From assembly GCF_016026235.1 (NCBI RefSeq), contig NZ_CP065613.1: a stretch of DNA of 64,000 nucleotides; one strand, written 5' to 3'. Below, one piece after another: positions 29,922 to 41,790 of this stretch. Below the pieces are notes generated by a model that had not been told where the DNA came from, did no database searches, and saw only the letters and a program-made list of their open reading frames with translations. Each line of letters opens with the position of its first letter. Position 1 is the stretch's first letter. The translations under genes and the position numbers were made by a program. Source of the DNA: Escherichia coli. Its GTDB lineage: Bacteria > Pseudomonadota > Gammaproteobacteria > Enterobacterales > Enterobacteriaceae.

Positions 29922-32063
29922 ATGAACATCATTGCCATTATGGGACCGCATGGCGTCTTTTATAAAGATGAGCCCATCAAAGAACTGGAGTCGGCGCTGG
30001 TGGCGCAAGGCTTTCAGATTATCTGGCCACAAAACAGCGTTGATTTGCTGAAATTTATCGAACATAACCCTCGAATTTGCGGCGTGATTTTTGACTGGGA
30101 TGAGTACAGTCTCGATTTATGCAGCGATATCAATCAACTTAATGAATATCTCCCGCTTTATGCCTTCATCAACACCCACTCGACGATGGATGTCAGCGTG
30201 CAGGATATGCGGATGGCGCTCTGGTTTTTTGAATATGCGCTGGGGCAGGCGGAAGATATCGCCATTCGTATGCGTCAATACACCAACGAATATCTTGATA
30301 ACATTACGCCGCCGTTCACGAAAGCCTTGTTTACCTACGTTAAAGAGCGGAAGTACACCTTTTGTACGCCGGGGCATATGGGCGGCACCGCATATCAAAA
30401 AAGCCCGGTTGGCTGCCTGTTTTATGATTTTTTCGGCGGGAATACCCTCAAGGCTGATGTCTCTATTTCGGTCACCGAGCTTGGTTCGTTGCTCGACCAC
30501 ACCGGGCCACACCTGGAAGCGGAAGAGTACATCGCGCGGACTTTTGGCGCGGAACAGAGTTATATCGTTACCAACGGAACATCGACGTCGAACAAAATTG
30601 TGGGTATGTACGCCGCGCCATCCGGCAGTACGCTGTTGATCGACCGCAATTGTCATAAATCGCTGGCGCATCTGTTGATGATGAACGATGTAGTGCCAGT
30701 CTGGCTGAAACCGACGCGTAATGCGTTGGGGATTCTTGGTGGGATCCCGCGCCGTGAATTTACTCGCGACAGCATCGAAGAGAAAGTCGCTGCCACCACG
30801 CAGGCACAATGGCCGGTTCATGCGGTGATTACCAACTCCACCTATGATGGCTTGCTCTACAACACCGACTGGATCAAACAGACGCTGGATGTCCCGTCGA
30901 TCCACTTCGATTCCGCCTGGGGGCCGTACATCCATTTTCATCCGATCTACCAGGGGAAAAGTGGTATGAGCGGCGAGCGTGTTGCGGGAAAAGTGATCTT
31001 CGAAACGCAATCGACCCACAAAATGCTGGCGGCGTTATCGCAGGCTTCGCTGATCCACATTAAAGGCGAGTATGACGAAGAGGCGTTTAACGAAGCCTTT
31101 ATGATGCATACCACCACCTCGCCCAGTTATCCCATTGTTGCTTCGGTTGAGACGGCGGCGGCGATGCTGCGTGGTAATCCGGGCAAACGGCTGATTAACC
31201 GTTCGGTGGAGCGGGCGCTGCATTTTCGCAAAGAGGTCCAGCGGTTGCGGGAAGAGTCTGACGGTTGGTTTTTCGATATCTGGCAACCGCCGCAGGTGGA
31301 TGAAGCCGAATGCTGGCCCGTTGCGCCAGGCGAACAGTGGCACGGCTTTAACGATGCGGATGCCGATCATATGTTTCTCGATCCGGTTAAAGTCACTATT
31401 TTGACACCGGGGATGGACGAACAGGGCAATATGAGCGAGGAGGGGATCCCGGCGGCGCTGGTGGCAAAATTCCTCGACGAACGTGGGATCGTAGTAGAGA
31501 AAACCGGCCCTTATAACCTGCTGTTTCTCTTTAGTATTGGTATCGATAAAACCAAAGCAATGGGATTATTGCGTGGGTTGACGGAATTTAAACGCTCTTA
31601 CGATCTCAACCTGCGGATCAAAAATATGCTACCCGATCTCTATGCTGAAGATCCCGATTTCTACCGCAATATGCGTATTCAGGATCTGGCGCAAGGGATC
31701 CATAAGCTGATTCGTAAACACGATCTTCCCGGTTTGCTGTTGCGGGCATTCGATACTTTGCCGGAAATGATCATGACGCCACATCAGGCATGGCAGAGAC
31801 AGATTAAAGGTGAAGTAGAAACCATTGCGCTGGAACAACTGGTCGGTAGAGTATCGGCAAATATGATCCTGCCTTATCCACCGGGCGTACCGCTGTTGAT
31901 GCCAAGAGAAATGCTGACCAAAGAGAGCCGCACGGTACTCGATTTTCTACTGATGCTTTGTTCCGTAGGGCAACATTACCCCGGTTTTGAAACGGATATT
32001 CACGGCGCGAAACAGGACGAAGACGGCGTTTACCGCGTACGAGTCCTAAAAATGGCGGGATAA
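29922..32063 (+). CDS. ldcC: constitutive lysine decarboxylase
   Basis: 713-aa ORF MNIIAIMGPHGVFYKDEPIKELESALVAQGFQIIWPQNSVDLLKFIEHNPRICGVIFDWDEY...; fold-type I PLP decarboxylase; position after accA. Confidence 0.9.
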   Translation: MNIIAIMGPHGVFYKDEPIKELESALVAQGFQIIWPQNSVDLLKFIEHNPRICGVIFDWDEYSLDLCSDINQLNEYLPLYAFINTHSTMDVSVQDMRMALWFFEYALGQAEDIAIRMRQYTNEYLDNITPPFTKALFTYVKERKYTFCTPGHMGGTAYQKSPVGCLFYDFFGGNTLKADVSISVTELGSLLDHTGPHLEAEEYIARTFGAEQSYIVTNGTSTSNKIVGMYAAPSGSTLLIDRNCHKSLAHLLMMNDVVPVWLKPTRNALGILGGIPRREFTRDSIEEKVAATTQAQWPVHAVITNSTYDGLLYNTDWIKQTLDVPSIHFDSAWGPYIHFHPIYQGKSGMSGERVAGKVIFETQSTHKMLAALSQASLIHIKGEYDEEAFNEAFMMHTTTSPSYPIVASVETAAAMLRGNPGKRLINRSVERALHFRKEVQRLREESDGWFFDIWQPPQVDEAECWPVAPGEQWHGFNDADADHMFLDPVKVTILTPGMDEQGNMSEEGIPAALVAKFLDERGIVVEKTGPYNLLFLFSIGIDKTKAMGLLRGLTEFKRSYDLNLRIKNMLPDLYAEDPDFYRNMRIQDLAQGIHKLIRKHDLPGLLLRAFDTLPEMIMTPHQAWQRQIKGEVETIALEQLVGRVSANMILPYPPGVPLLMPREMLTKESRTVLDFLLMLCSVGQHYPGFETDIHGAKQDEDGVYRVRVLKMAG

Positions 32064-32119
32064 CTTGCCAGAGCGGCTTCCGAGCGAGTAACGTGCTGTT
32101 AACAAATAAAGGAGACGTT

Positions 32120-32509
32120 ATGCTGGGTTTAAAACAGGTTCACCATATTGCGATTATTGCGACGGATTATGCGGTGAGCAAAGCTTTCTACTGCGATATT
32201 CTTGGTTTCACGCTGCAAAGCGAAGTCTATCGCGAAGCGCGCGACTCGTGGAAAGGGGATTTGGCGCTTAATGGGCAATATGTGATTGAGCTTTTCTCAT
32301 TTCCGTTCCCGCCGGAGCGCCCCAGCCGACCGGAAGCTTGCGGCCTGCGTCATCTGGCTTTTAGCGTTGATGATATCGATGCGGCAGTGGCGCACCTTGA
32401 AAGCCATAACGTGAAGTGTGAAGCCATCCGTGTCGATCCATACACGCAAAAACGCTTCACGTTCTTTAACGATCCGGACGGGCTGCCGTTGGAACTGTAT
32501 GAGCAGTAA
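32120..32509 (+). CDS. yaeR: glyoxalase/VOC-family protein YaeR
   Basis: ORF-track frame 32093..32509 trimmed to ATG at 32120 (MLGLKQVHHIAIIATDYAVSKAFYCDILGF...), 129 aa. Confidence 0.8.
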   Translation: MLGLKQVHHIAIIATDYAVSKAFYCDILGFTLQSEVYREARDSWKGDLALNGQYVIELFSFPFPPERPSRPEACGLRHLAFSVDDIDAAVAHLESHNVKCEAIRVDPYTQKRFTFFNDPDGLPLELYEQ

Positions 32510-32573
32510 GGCTTGTCATCGCCGCATTTGCCCGGTAACGTGCCGGGCATTGCTACTGTAAAATCGCATCATC

Positions 32574-33869
32574 ATGACACTCACGCTCAATAGACAACTT
32601 CTCTCCTCACGCCAGATTCTGGTGGCCTTTAGCGGCGGGCTTGACTCCACCGTTCTGCTGCATCAGTTGGTGCAGTGGCGGACGGAAAATCCGGGCGTCA
32701 CTCTGCGCGCTATTCATGTGCATCACGGTTTAAGTGCCAATGCCGACGCCTGGGTTATGCATTGCGAGAACATCTGCCAACAGTGGCAGGTGCCGCTGGT
32801 GGTCGAGCGCGTGCAACTTGCGCAAGAAGGACTGGGCATTGAGGCCCAGGCGCGGCAGGCGCGTTATCAGGCATTTGCCCGCACCTTGTTGCCCGGTGAA
32901 GTGCTGGTCACCGCGCAACATCTCGACGATCAATGTGAAACCTTTCTGCTGGCGCTAAAACGCGGTAGCGGCCCTGCCGGGCTTTCGGCTATGGGGGAAG
33001 TCTCGGAGTTTGCCGGAACACGGCTTATCCGCCCGTTGCTTGCCCGCACGCGGGGGGAACTGGAGCAGTGGGCATTGGCGCATGGTTTACGCTGGATTGA
33101 AGACGAAAGTAATCAGGACGACTCATACGATCGTAACTTTCTGCGCCTGCGCGTAGTGCCGTTATTGCAGCAGCGTTGGCCGCATTTTGCGGAAGCAACG
33201 GCCCGCAGCGCCGCACTTTGTGCTGAACAAGAGAGTCTGTTGGATGAACTGCTGGCGGATGATTTAGCACACTGCCAAACGTCGCAGGGGACGCTGCAGA
33301 TTGCGCCAATGCTGGCGATGAGTGATGCCCGCCGCGCGGCGATTATCCGTCGCTGGCTGGCAGGGCAGAATGCACCAATGCCTTCCCGCGACGCGCTGGT
33401 GCGGATCTGGCAGGAAGTGGCGCTGGCGCGGGAAGATGCCTCCCCCTGTTTACGCTTGGGCGCGTTTGAAATCCGCCGCTATCAGTCGCAACTGTGGTGG
33501 ATTAAATCCGTCACCGGGCAAAGTGAAACCATTGTGCCGTGGCAGACGTGGCTACAACCGCTGGAATTACCGGCGGGGCTGGGAAGCGTACAGCTTACTG
33601 CGGGAGGCGATATTCGCCCTCCGCGTGCAGACGAAGCGGTCAGCGTGCGTTTCAAAGCGGCAGGATTGCTGCATATTGTCGGGCGCAACGGCGGACGTAA
33701 GCTGAAGAAAATCTGGCAAGAGTTAGGCGTGCCGCCGTGGCTACGTGACACCACGCCACTGCTGTTTTATGGCGAAACGCTGATTGCGGCGGCAGGGGTA
33801 TTTGTGACGCAAGAAGGTGTGGCTGAAGGTGAGAATGGCATAAGTTTTGTCTGGCAGCGAAACGCTTAG
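32574..33869 (+). CDS. tilS: tRNA(Ile)-lysidine synthetase
   Basis: 431-aa [35 protein letters not shown]...; SGGxDS PP-loop motif. Confidence 0.9.
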   Translation: MTLTLNRQLLSSRQILVAFSGGLDSTVLLHQLVQWRTENPGVTLRAIHVHHGLSANADAWVMHCENICQQWQVPLVVERVQLAQEGLGIEAQARQARYQAFARTLLPGEVLVTAQHLDDQCETFLLALKRGSGPAGLSAMGEVSEFAGTRLIRPLLARTRGELEQWALAHGLRWIEDESNQDDSYDRNFLRLRVVPLLQQRWPHFAEATARSAALCAEQESLLDELLADDLAHCQTSQGTLQIAPMLAMSDARRAAIIRRWLAGQNAPMPSRDALVRIWQEVALAREDASPCLRLGAFEIRRYQSQLWWIKSVTGQSETIVPWQTWLQPLELPAGLGSVQLTAGGDIRPPRADEAVSVRFKAAGLLHIVGRNGGRKLKKIWQELGVPPWLRDTTPLLFYGETLIAAAGVFVTQEGVAEGENGISFVWQRNA

Positions 33870-33896
33870 TTAAGTGAAGGCCGGATATGACGCATT

Positions 33897-34805
<909 letters not shown>

Positions 34806-35356
34806 TCCAGGAGATGCTCCTGCATGGCTTTCAGATATGCATTTTCTGCGCGAAGATAACGCAGCTCATTCTTCATCTCTTCCGGCGTCATGTTTCCCTC
34901 GTTTTCATGGGTATCATCAGAACGGGTCATGCTTTTCTCCTTCCTGCGCCTGATAAAGGCCTCATTACCAGATTTGCGGTAGCCTTTTATCCAGTTTTTA
35001 ACCATGTTGTGGCTGGGAATGTTAAACCGGGCGGCTACCCGGGGTAGAGACTCAGAATGCCCGAGAGCATAAAGAACCACGCAAAGTTTATCTTCAGGAG
35101 AATAGCTACGCTTGTGTCTGCAATCCAGTGCCTGAGGACCGTGAAGAAGAAAAAGATTAATCCAGTGTGAGAGGCTGGTGTGAGAAAGTTGAAAGAGTTT
35201 TGCCGTAGAAATGATGCCTGCATGACCGGCCAGGTAATGATTTACAGCGGCAAGTTTTACTTCAAATGAATGTTTCATAAACTGCACCTTCAGATGTCAG
35301 ATTATGTCCAACATTTGGGGTGCAGTTCATTAAGCGTCGCATCCGGCGAAAGTCAA

Positions 35357-35617
35357 TCAGGACTCGCTCACCACCACCGTACCGATTTCCGGGTGGCTAA
35401 AGCTGGTAATTTTATCCAGACGTAGCTCACGGGTTTCGCCAGCGGCCTCGACGACCAGATACTCCACATTTTTGCGGGAGACTAAATCGCTGGCTTTTGC
35501 CTGCAATTTTTCGCCATCTTTCAGCTCAAGTGTCAGCATTAAATGATGCTGGCAGGCGAGCTCAAGATTATCGTAATCATCACAATTGATTGGTTGATAC
35601 GTATCATTCATTGACAT
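35357..35617 (-). CDS. rof: Rho-specific inhibitor of transcription termination Rof (YaeO)
   Basis: 86-aa [63 protein letters not shown]...; true start may be the internal Met (84 aa). Confidence 0.85.
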
Positions 35618-35804
35618 AATCGCTCACCAGTAAGTTTGCCGCAGCGTATGCTGCTTTTTCCCTGACAGCCTCAGAAAGGGCGTCGTCGGCAGCCATTTCA
35701 TTCAGCACTTTCAAAACGCAGCCCAGCGCGTCCGGAACGTATCCTAAGTCTCCGCTGGCGATTTCCGCGTACCGCTTGCGTATTAACTCACAATATTTTT
35801 CCAC
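35604..35804 (-). CDS. yaeP: UPF0253 protein YaeP
   Basis: ORF-track frame 35604..35822 trimmed to GTG giving 66 aa ([65 protein letters not shown]). Confidence 0.75.
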
Positions 35805-35969
35805 ATGCCCTCCTGTCAGCACTCTGACTTAACCGTGGATGCAAGTCTAAGCCTACGAAGATAAACTCTGTTTCGCAAGGTGACTATACCACACTCATTT
35901 CTGCAATATCAGCGCCGCAACTGCACGTATTCCGTTACAATGGCCTCCTGATTCGAAAGGAGTTTTCTT

Positions 35970-36515
35970 ATGGCGCTTAAAGCGACAATTTATAAAGCGA
36001 CGGTTAATGTGGCCGATCTCGACCGCAACCAGTTTCTCGATGCCTCTCTGACGCTGGCGCGCCACCCTTCAGAAACCTAGGAGCGTATGATGCTGCGCTT
36101 GCTGGCGTGGCTGAAATATGCTGATGAACGTCTGCAATTTACCCGTGGTTTGTGTGCCGATGATGAGCCGGAAGCGTGGCTGCGTAACGATCACCTGGGC
36201 ATTGATTTGTGGATTGAGCTGGGGCTGCCGGATGAGCGGCGGATTAAGAAAGCCTGCACCCAGGCCGCAGAAGTGGCGCTGTTTACCTATAATAGTCGGG
36301 CGGCGCAAATCTGGTGGCAGCAAAATCAGAGCAAATGTGTGCAGTTTGCCAATCTTTCCGTCTGGTATCTGGACGATGAACAACTGGCGAAAGTAAGCGC
36401 CTTTGCCGATCGTACCATGACGCTGCAGGCAACGATTCAGGATGGCGTGATCTGGTTATCGGATGATAAGAATAATCTGGAAGTGAACTTAACCGCCTGG
36501 CAACAACCTTCATGA
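35970..36515 (+). pseudogene. yaeQ: yaeQ-family gene interrupted by an in-frame TAG at 36078..36080
   Basis: ATG at 35970 opens [36 protein letters not shown] then TAG in the same frame as the 142-codon ORF 36087..36515 ([22 protein letters not shown]...); total span 546 nt equals a full-length ~181-aa YaeQ. Confidence 0.6.
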
Positions 36516-36934
36516 TTGTGATTTCCCGACATGTTGCTATTCCCGATGGTGAGCTTGAGATCACCGCCATTCGTGCGCAGGGCGCGGGCGGGCAGCATGT
36601 TAATAAGACCTCAACGGCTATTCATCTGCGTTTTGACATTCGGGCGTCCAGCCTGCCAGAGTATTACAAAGAGCGTCTGCTCGCCGCCAGCCATCATTTG
36701 ATCAGCAGTGATGGCGTGATTGTCATTAAGGCACAGGAATACCGCAGTCAGGAACTGAACCGCGAAGCCGCTCTGGCCCGGCTGGTGGCTGTGATTAAAG
36801 AATTAACAACAGAACAAAAAGCCCGACGACCCACGCGGCCCACCCGTGCATCGAAAGAGCGCAGGCTGGCATCGAAAGCACAAAAATCAAGCGTGAAGGC
36901 GATGCGCGGCAAAGTGCGCAGCGGTCGGGAATAA
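36512..36934 (+). CDS. arfB: peptidyl-tRNA hydrolase ArfB (YaeJ), alternative ribosome-rescue factor
   Basis: 140-aa [44 protein letters not shown]...; GGQ motif; basic C-terminal tail. Confidence 0.88.
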   Translation: MIVISRHVAIPDGELEITAIRAQGAGGQHVNKTSTAIHLRFDIRASSLPEYYKERLLAASHHLISSDGVIVIKAQEYRSQELNREAALARLVAVIKELTTEQKARRPTRPTRASKERRLASKAQKSSVKAMRGKVRSGRE

Positions 36935-36947
36935 AAAGAAGGAATGG

Positions 36948-37658
36948 ATGGTGAAAAAAGCGATAGTGACAGCGATGGCTGTAATCAGCCTCTTTACTCT
37001 GATGGGTTGTAATAATCGGGCCGAAGTCGATACGCTTTCTCCGGCGCAGGCAGCCGAACTGAAACCGATGCCGCAAAGTTGGCGCGGCGTGCTGCCGTGT
37101 GCCGATTGCGAAGGAATCGAAACCTCTCTGTTCCTCGAAAAAGACGGAACATGGGTGATGAATGAGCGTTATCTCGGTGCTCGTGAAGAACCTTCCTCCT
37201 TCGCTTCCTACGGTACATGGGCGCGAACCGCTGACAAGCTGGTATTAACCGACAGCAAAGGTGAAAAGTCATATTATCGGGCGAAAGGCGATGCGCTGGA
37301 GATGCTCGATCGTGAAGGCAATCCGATTGAATCGCAGTTCAACTATACGCTGGAACCGGCACAATCCAGTTTACCCATGACGCCGATGACCCTGCGGGGC
37401 ATGTATTTTTATATGGCTGATGCGGCGACCTTCACTGATTGCGTGACCGGAAAACGTTTCATGGTAGCGAATAACGCAGAGCTGGAGCGTGGCTACCTGG
37501 CTGCGCGTGGTCACAGTGAAAAACCGGTGTTACTGTCAGTAGAAGGTCACTTTACGCTTGAGGCTAATCCGGATACCGGTGCGCCAACCAAAGTATTAGC
37601 GCCCGATACGGCGGGTAAATTTTACCCGAATAAGGATTGCAGTAGTTTGGGGCTGTAA
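36948..37658 (+). CDS. nlpE: outer-membrane lipoprotein NlpE (CutF), Cpx-pathway sensor
   Basis: 236-aa ORF MVKKAIVTAMAVISLFTLMGCNNRAEV... (lipobox LMGC); CxxC motif. Confidence 0.88.
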   Translation: MVKKAIVTAMAVISLFTLMGCNNRAEVDTLSPAQAAELKPMPQSWRGVLPCADCEGIETSLFLEKDGTWVMNERYLGAREEPSSFASYGTWARTADKLVLTDSKGEKSYYRAKGDALEMLDREGNPIESQFNYTLEPAQSSLPMTPMTLRGMYFYMADAATFTDCVTGKRFMVANNAELERGYLAARGHSEKPVLLSVEGHFTLEANPDTGAPTKVLAPDTAGKFYPNKDCSSLGL

Positions 37659-37733
37659 CCCGTCTTGAGACAGAAACAAACGCAAAACAGGCCAGAAGGA
37701 TATATTTCAACATTTTGAATTTGCACGTTTTTT

Positions 37734-37870
<137 letters not shown>

Positions 37871-37907
37871 CCAACAAAGCGACCCGCCTTGATATAAATC
37901 CCTGGCT

Positions 37908-38735
37908 TCAGGTGCCCAACATACTGTAACTGCGTTTCTGCTTAAACGCAGAGACATCACCAATACGCATATGCATCAGATCGGCAGGGCTAATCCATCC
38001 CGATTGCGCCAGCGTAAGCGGATGCCCGGCTTTGGCAAATGCATCAGTGACAAATTCCGAACAAAACCACGACTTTTTGTCTCCTTCGCCCACACTGCTT
38101 AACTGCGCTTTCGCCAGGCCGCTGACGCACTGTTGGCGAAAATCCTCGGAGAACGGATTCAGTGAGCACATCTGGCGAGTCACCATAAAGGGAATAAATT
38201 CGACAATGCCGCGATAGTTATAACCGCTATCTTTGATTTTATTGGCAAACGCGGTGATATCTGTGGCTTGTTGCGGGGTAAGATCCGGGACTCGTAAGAC
38301 GAAAAGCTTATCACTATGCTTCATCGCTTTTTTAAGGGAAACGATCTGGACGCCAGCGCCTGTCGCTTCTGCAACGTTATTATCACCCAGATAGATTGCA
38401 ACGTGACTCACAGAGGAAGTGCTGAAGACGCGGATTCCAAATGAGGTTACCCCAAGGCTTGAGGAGAACAGCAAATCGCCGGGTTTGAGATCAGGTACCG
38501 TTATTTCTTTTATTGATTGTTCGGTGAAAGAGCTTTGATGCTGGAATTTGACAGCCCATGTTTTTGCCTCGGCATCTACTGCTGTGGCTGATGGGTCTGG
38601 CTGGCTGATATCAACGGTACAAGCCGAAAGTAAAAGAAAGCTGGGGAGAAACAGGCGGCAGTACGCCTTTGGTTTATCCATTTTATACAATCCATGTAAA
38701 AAAAGGGCCCTGAAATTCAGGACCCTTTCTGGCAT
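37908..38735 (-). CDS. yaeF: putative lipoprotein YaeF (NlpC/P60-like)
   Basis: 275-aa ORF; internal MDKPKAYCRLFLPSFLLLSACTV resembles a lipoprotein signal, so the true start may be that Met. Confidence 0.65.
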   Translation of the reverse strand: MPERVLNFRALFLHGLYKMDKPKAYCRLFLPSFLLLSACTVDISQPDPSATAVDAEAKTWAVKFQHQSSFTEQSIKEITVPDLKPGDLLFSSSLGVTSFGIRVFSTSSVSHVAIYLGDNNVAEATGAGVQIVSLKKAMKHSDKLFVLRVPDLTPQQATDITAFANKIKDSGYNYRGIVEFIPFMVTRQMCSLNPFSEDFRQQCVSGLAKAQLSSVGEGDKKSWFCSEFVTDAFAKAGHPLTLAQSGWISPADLMHMRIGDVSAFKQKRSYSMLGT

Positions 38736-40453
38736 CAGCCTTTAATCTGTTTCACCAGATATTCGACGATGTCACCAGTCTTAATTAACTGTTTCTCGCC
38801 GTTGCGACGATATTTATATTCGATATCGTCGTTGTCGAGGTTACGGTCGCCCAGCACAATAGTGTGCGGAATACCGATCAGTTCCATATCAGCAAACATC
38901 ACGCCCGGACGCTCTTTGCGGTCATCCAGCAGCACTTCGATACCTTGTGCACGCAGTTCGCTGTACAGTTTCTCAGCAAGCTCTTGTACGCGGAAGGATT
39001 TGTGCATGTTCATCGGCAGAATCGCCACCTGGAACGGCGCGATAGCGTCAGGCCATACGATGCCGCGTTCGTCGTAGTTCTGCTCAATCGCCGCAGCTAC
39101 CACACGCGTTACCCCGATACCGTAGCAACCCATCGTCAGGATTTGGTTACGGCCATCTTCACCCTGTACGGAGGCTTTCAGTGCTTCGGAGTACTTGGTA
39201 CCCAGCTGGAAGATGTGACCAACTTCGATACCACGTTTGATCAGCAGCGTACCCTGGCCATCCGGGCTTGGATCGCCAGCCACCACGTTACGGATATCTG
39301 CAACTTCCGGGGTAGCGACATCGCGATCCCAGTTGATGCCGAAGTAGTGTTTACCATCGATGTTAGCACCAGCAGCGAAATCACTCATCGCCGCAACGGT
39401 ACGGTCAATCACCACCGGAATCGGCATGTTTACCGGACCCAGTGAACCCGGACCGGCTTTAACCACAGCACGAATTTCTTCTTCGGTCGCGAAAGTCAGC
39501 GGGCTTGCAACCTGCGGCAGTTTTTCTGCTTTAACTTCGTTCAGCTCGTGATCACCGCGCACCAGCAGCGCAACCAGCGGGAAGCTGCTGCCTTCAACCG
39601 CTTTAACCAGCAGAGTCTTAACCGTTTTCTCAATCGGCAGATTGAACTGTTCAACCAGTTCCGCGATGGTTTTCGCGTTCGGCGTATCAACCAGCGTCAT
39701 TTCCTGGGTAGCAGCAGCGCGCGGTTCTTTCGGCGCGATAGCTTCTGCCAGTTCAATGTTCGCTGCATAGTCAGAGGTGTCGGAGAAGACCACATCGTCT
39801 TCACCGCTCTGCGCCAGCACCTGGAATTCGTGAGAGGCGCTGCCGCCGATAGAACCGGTGTCGGCTTGTACGGCGCGGAAATCCAGCCCCATGCGGCTGA
39901 AGATTTTGCTGTAGGCCGCATACATTGCATCGTAGGTTTCCTGCAGGGATTCCTGAGAAGTATGGAAAGAGTAAGCATCTTTCATCAGGAATTCGCGGGA
40001 ACGCATGACGCCGAAACGCGGACGCACTTCGTCGCGGAACTTGGTCTGGATCTGATAGAAGTTCAGCGGCAGCTGTTTGTAAGAGCTAAGCTCGTTACGA
40101 ATCAGGTCAGTGATAACTTCTTCATGAGTTGGGCCGAGTACGAACGGACGCTCGCCACGGTCAACAAAACGCAGCAGTTCCGGACCGTACTGTTCCCAAC
40201 GACCACTCTCTTGCCACAAATCGGCTGGCTGAACCACCGGCATCGACACCTCGATCGCACCGGCGTTGTTCATCTCTTCACGCACGATGTTTTCGACTTT
40301 TTTCAGAACGCGCACGCCGGTCGGCAGCCAGGTATATAACCCGGAGGCCAGCTTGCGGATCATCCCGGCGCGCAGCATCAGCTGATGGCTGATCACCTCG
40401 GCGTCGGCAGGTGTCTCCTTGAGAGTGGAGAGCAGGTATTGGCTAGTACGCAT
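38735..40453 (-). CDS. proS: proline--tRNA ligase
   Basis: ORF-track frame 38735..40507 trimmed to ATG giving 572 aa ([46 protein letters not shown]...). Confidence 0.92.
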
Positions 40454-40564
40454 GTTGTTACGGTTCCAGTTGGAAGGTAGAACAGGCTCAAGGCGAGCCT
40501 GGGACAAAAAAAAGTGATTTAGTTTACCAGTGCAAAAGAAATGTCAAAAGAGAAGGGCGTGAAT

Positions 40565-41272
40565 TTAACGCGGTTCCAGCGCAAAGACTTCAAAACCTGC
40601 GTCGGTGACGCGCCAGCGAACGTTAAAATCATGTAGCCAGACGGCATAGGTTTTGCCCGTTTCCTCACCTTTACGATAGGCCGGGCGCGGGTCCTGCGCC
40701 AGTACTTCGCGGATAAACAGCGTTAACTGCGGATAACGCTTCTCCAGCGTCAAAAGCTGCTTTTCGACCTCTGCGGTAAAACTCACCGCCATCTCTGCCG
40801 CTGGCGCACTTTGCGCATAGCTGGCACTGGCATCGGGAAGCGATTCGGCAAAGGGGAGATACGGTTTGATATCCACCACCGGCGTACCATCGACCAGATC
40901 CAGACTGCCGAGCTTCAGAATCACGCTGTCTTTATGGCAAACAACCTCTTTCAGCTCTACCAGCGACATACCAATTGGGTTAGGGCGAAAAGTGGAGCGC
41001 GTAGCGAAAACACCCATTCTGGCATTACCGCCAAGACGAGGCGGACGCACAGTCGGACGCCAGCCGCCTTCCATCGTTTGATGAAAGACGAAAAGGATCC
41101 ATAAATGGCTGAATGCTTCCAGGCCGCGAACGGCGTCGGCCTGGTTGTAGGGAGCAATGAGATGCAGTTCGCCGTTGGCGCTTTTTACCAGACCTGGCTG
41201 GCGCGGAACGGCGAACTTTTCTTTATAGGGCGAGCGAATAACGCCTATTTGCTCGAACTGGAAACTGCTCAT
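40565..41272 (-). CDS. tsaA: tRNA (adenine37-N6)-methyltransferase TsaA (YaeB)
   Basis: 235-aa ORF MSSFQFEQIGVIRSPYKEKFAVPRQPGLV... Confidence 0.85.
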   Translation of the reverse strand: MSSFQFEQIGVIRSPYKEKFAVPRQPGLVKSANGELHLIAPYNQADAVRGLEAFSHLWILFVFHQTMEGGWRPTVRPPRLGGNARMGVFATRSTFRPNPIGMSLVELKEVVCHKDSVILKLGSLDLVDGTPVVDIKPYLPFAESLPDASASYAQSAPAAEMAVSFTAEVEKQLLTLEKRYPQLTLFIREVLAQDPRPAYRKGEETGKTYAVWLHDFNVRWRVTDAGFEVFALEPR

Positions 41273-41673
41273 TTCGCCGTAATGTTAAGCGCAGAACCGA
41301 TACATACAGCCTGACGATAGCAGCCTGGCGTACCGCTGGTGACTTCGCAGCTATGCAGTAATACCGCATTGGCTTTCATTTTCGAGGCGTTGATTTGCAT
41401 CCGCTTACGTGCGGTTGGAATGCTCGGCGGAGAGTCCTGATTAGAGGCCTGGCAAGAGTCGCCACTGACTTCGCCGAGATCGCGGAACGGTTTGCCGACT
41501 AATTCTTCTGCATTGGTATAAATTCGGACCGGCGTGGCGCGCGGCGCTTTCGGTTTTGCAGGCTCCGCTTTCGGCTGGGGTGCAGTGCTTTGAACGGGTT
41601 CGACAGGGGATCTGCTTAACATGGAACAGCCGCTTAGCATGAGTGCTACTAAACAGATCGGTAAAGCACGCAT
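41269..41673 (-). CDS. rcsF: outer-membrane lipoprotein RcsF (Rcs phosphorelay sensor)
   Basis: 134-aa ORF MRALPICLVALMLSGCSMLSRSPVEPVQSTAPQPKAEPAKPKAPR...; lipobox LSGC; 4-nt overlap with tsaA. Confidence 0.9.
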   Translation of the reverse strand: MRALPICLVALMLSGCSMLSRSPVEPVQSTAPQPKAEPAKPKAPRATPVRIYTNAEELVGKPFRDLGEVSGDSCQASNQDSPPSIPTARKRMQINASKMKANAVLLHSCEVTSGTPGCYRQAVCIGSALNITAK

Positions 41674-41721
41674 AGTATTTCCTCAATGTATGATCAAAAC
41701 GTCAATATTGAATCAGGAGCT

Positions 41722-41753
41722 TGTAAAAATGACAAGACGGGCAAGCGCCCGTC
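41722..41753 (-). terminator. terminator hairpin downstream of metQ (minus strand)
   Basis: GACGGGC-AAGC-GCCCGTC stem followed on the minus strand by TTGTCATTTTTAC. Confidence 0.45.
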
Positions 41754-41790
41754 CTGAATGATATTACAAATTGTGGAAACAGCCTAAAAA

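Noticed and set aside
30117-31019. 300-aa minus-strand ORF inside ldcC
   Set aside because: Antisense shadow ORF in a GC-rich coding region.
39548-40339. 263-aa plus-strand ORF inside proS
   Set aside because: Antisense to a well-supported essential gene; no RBS or recognisable domain.
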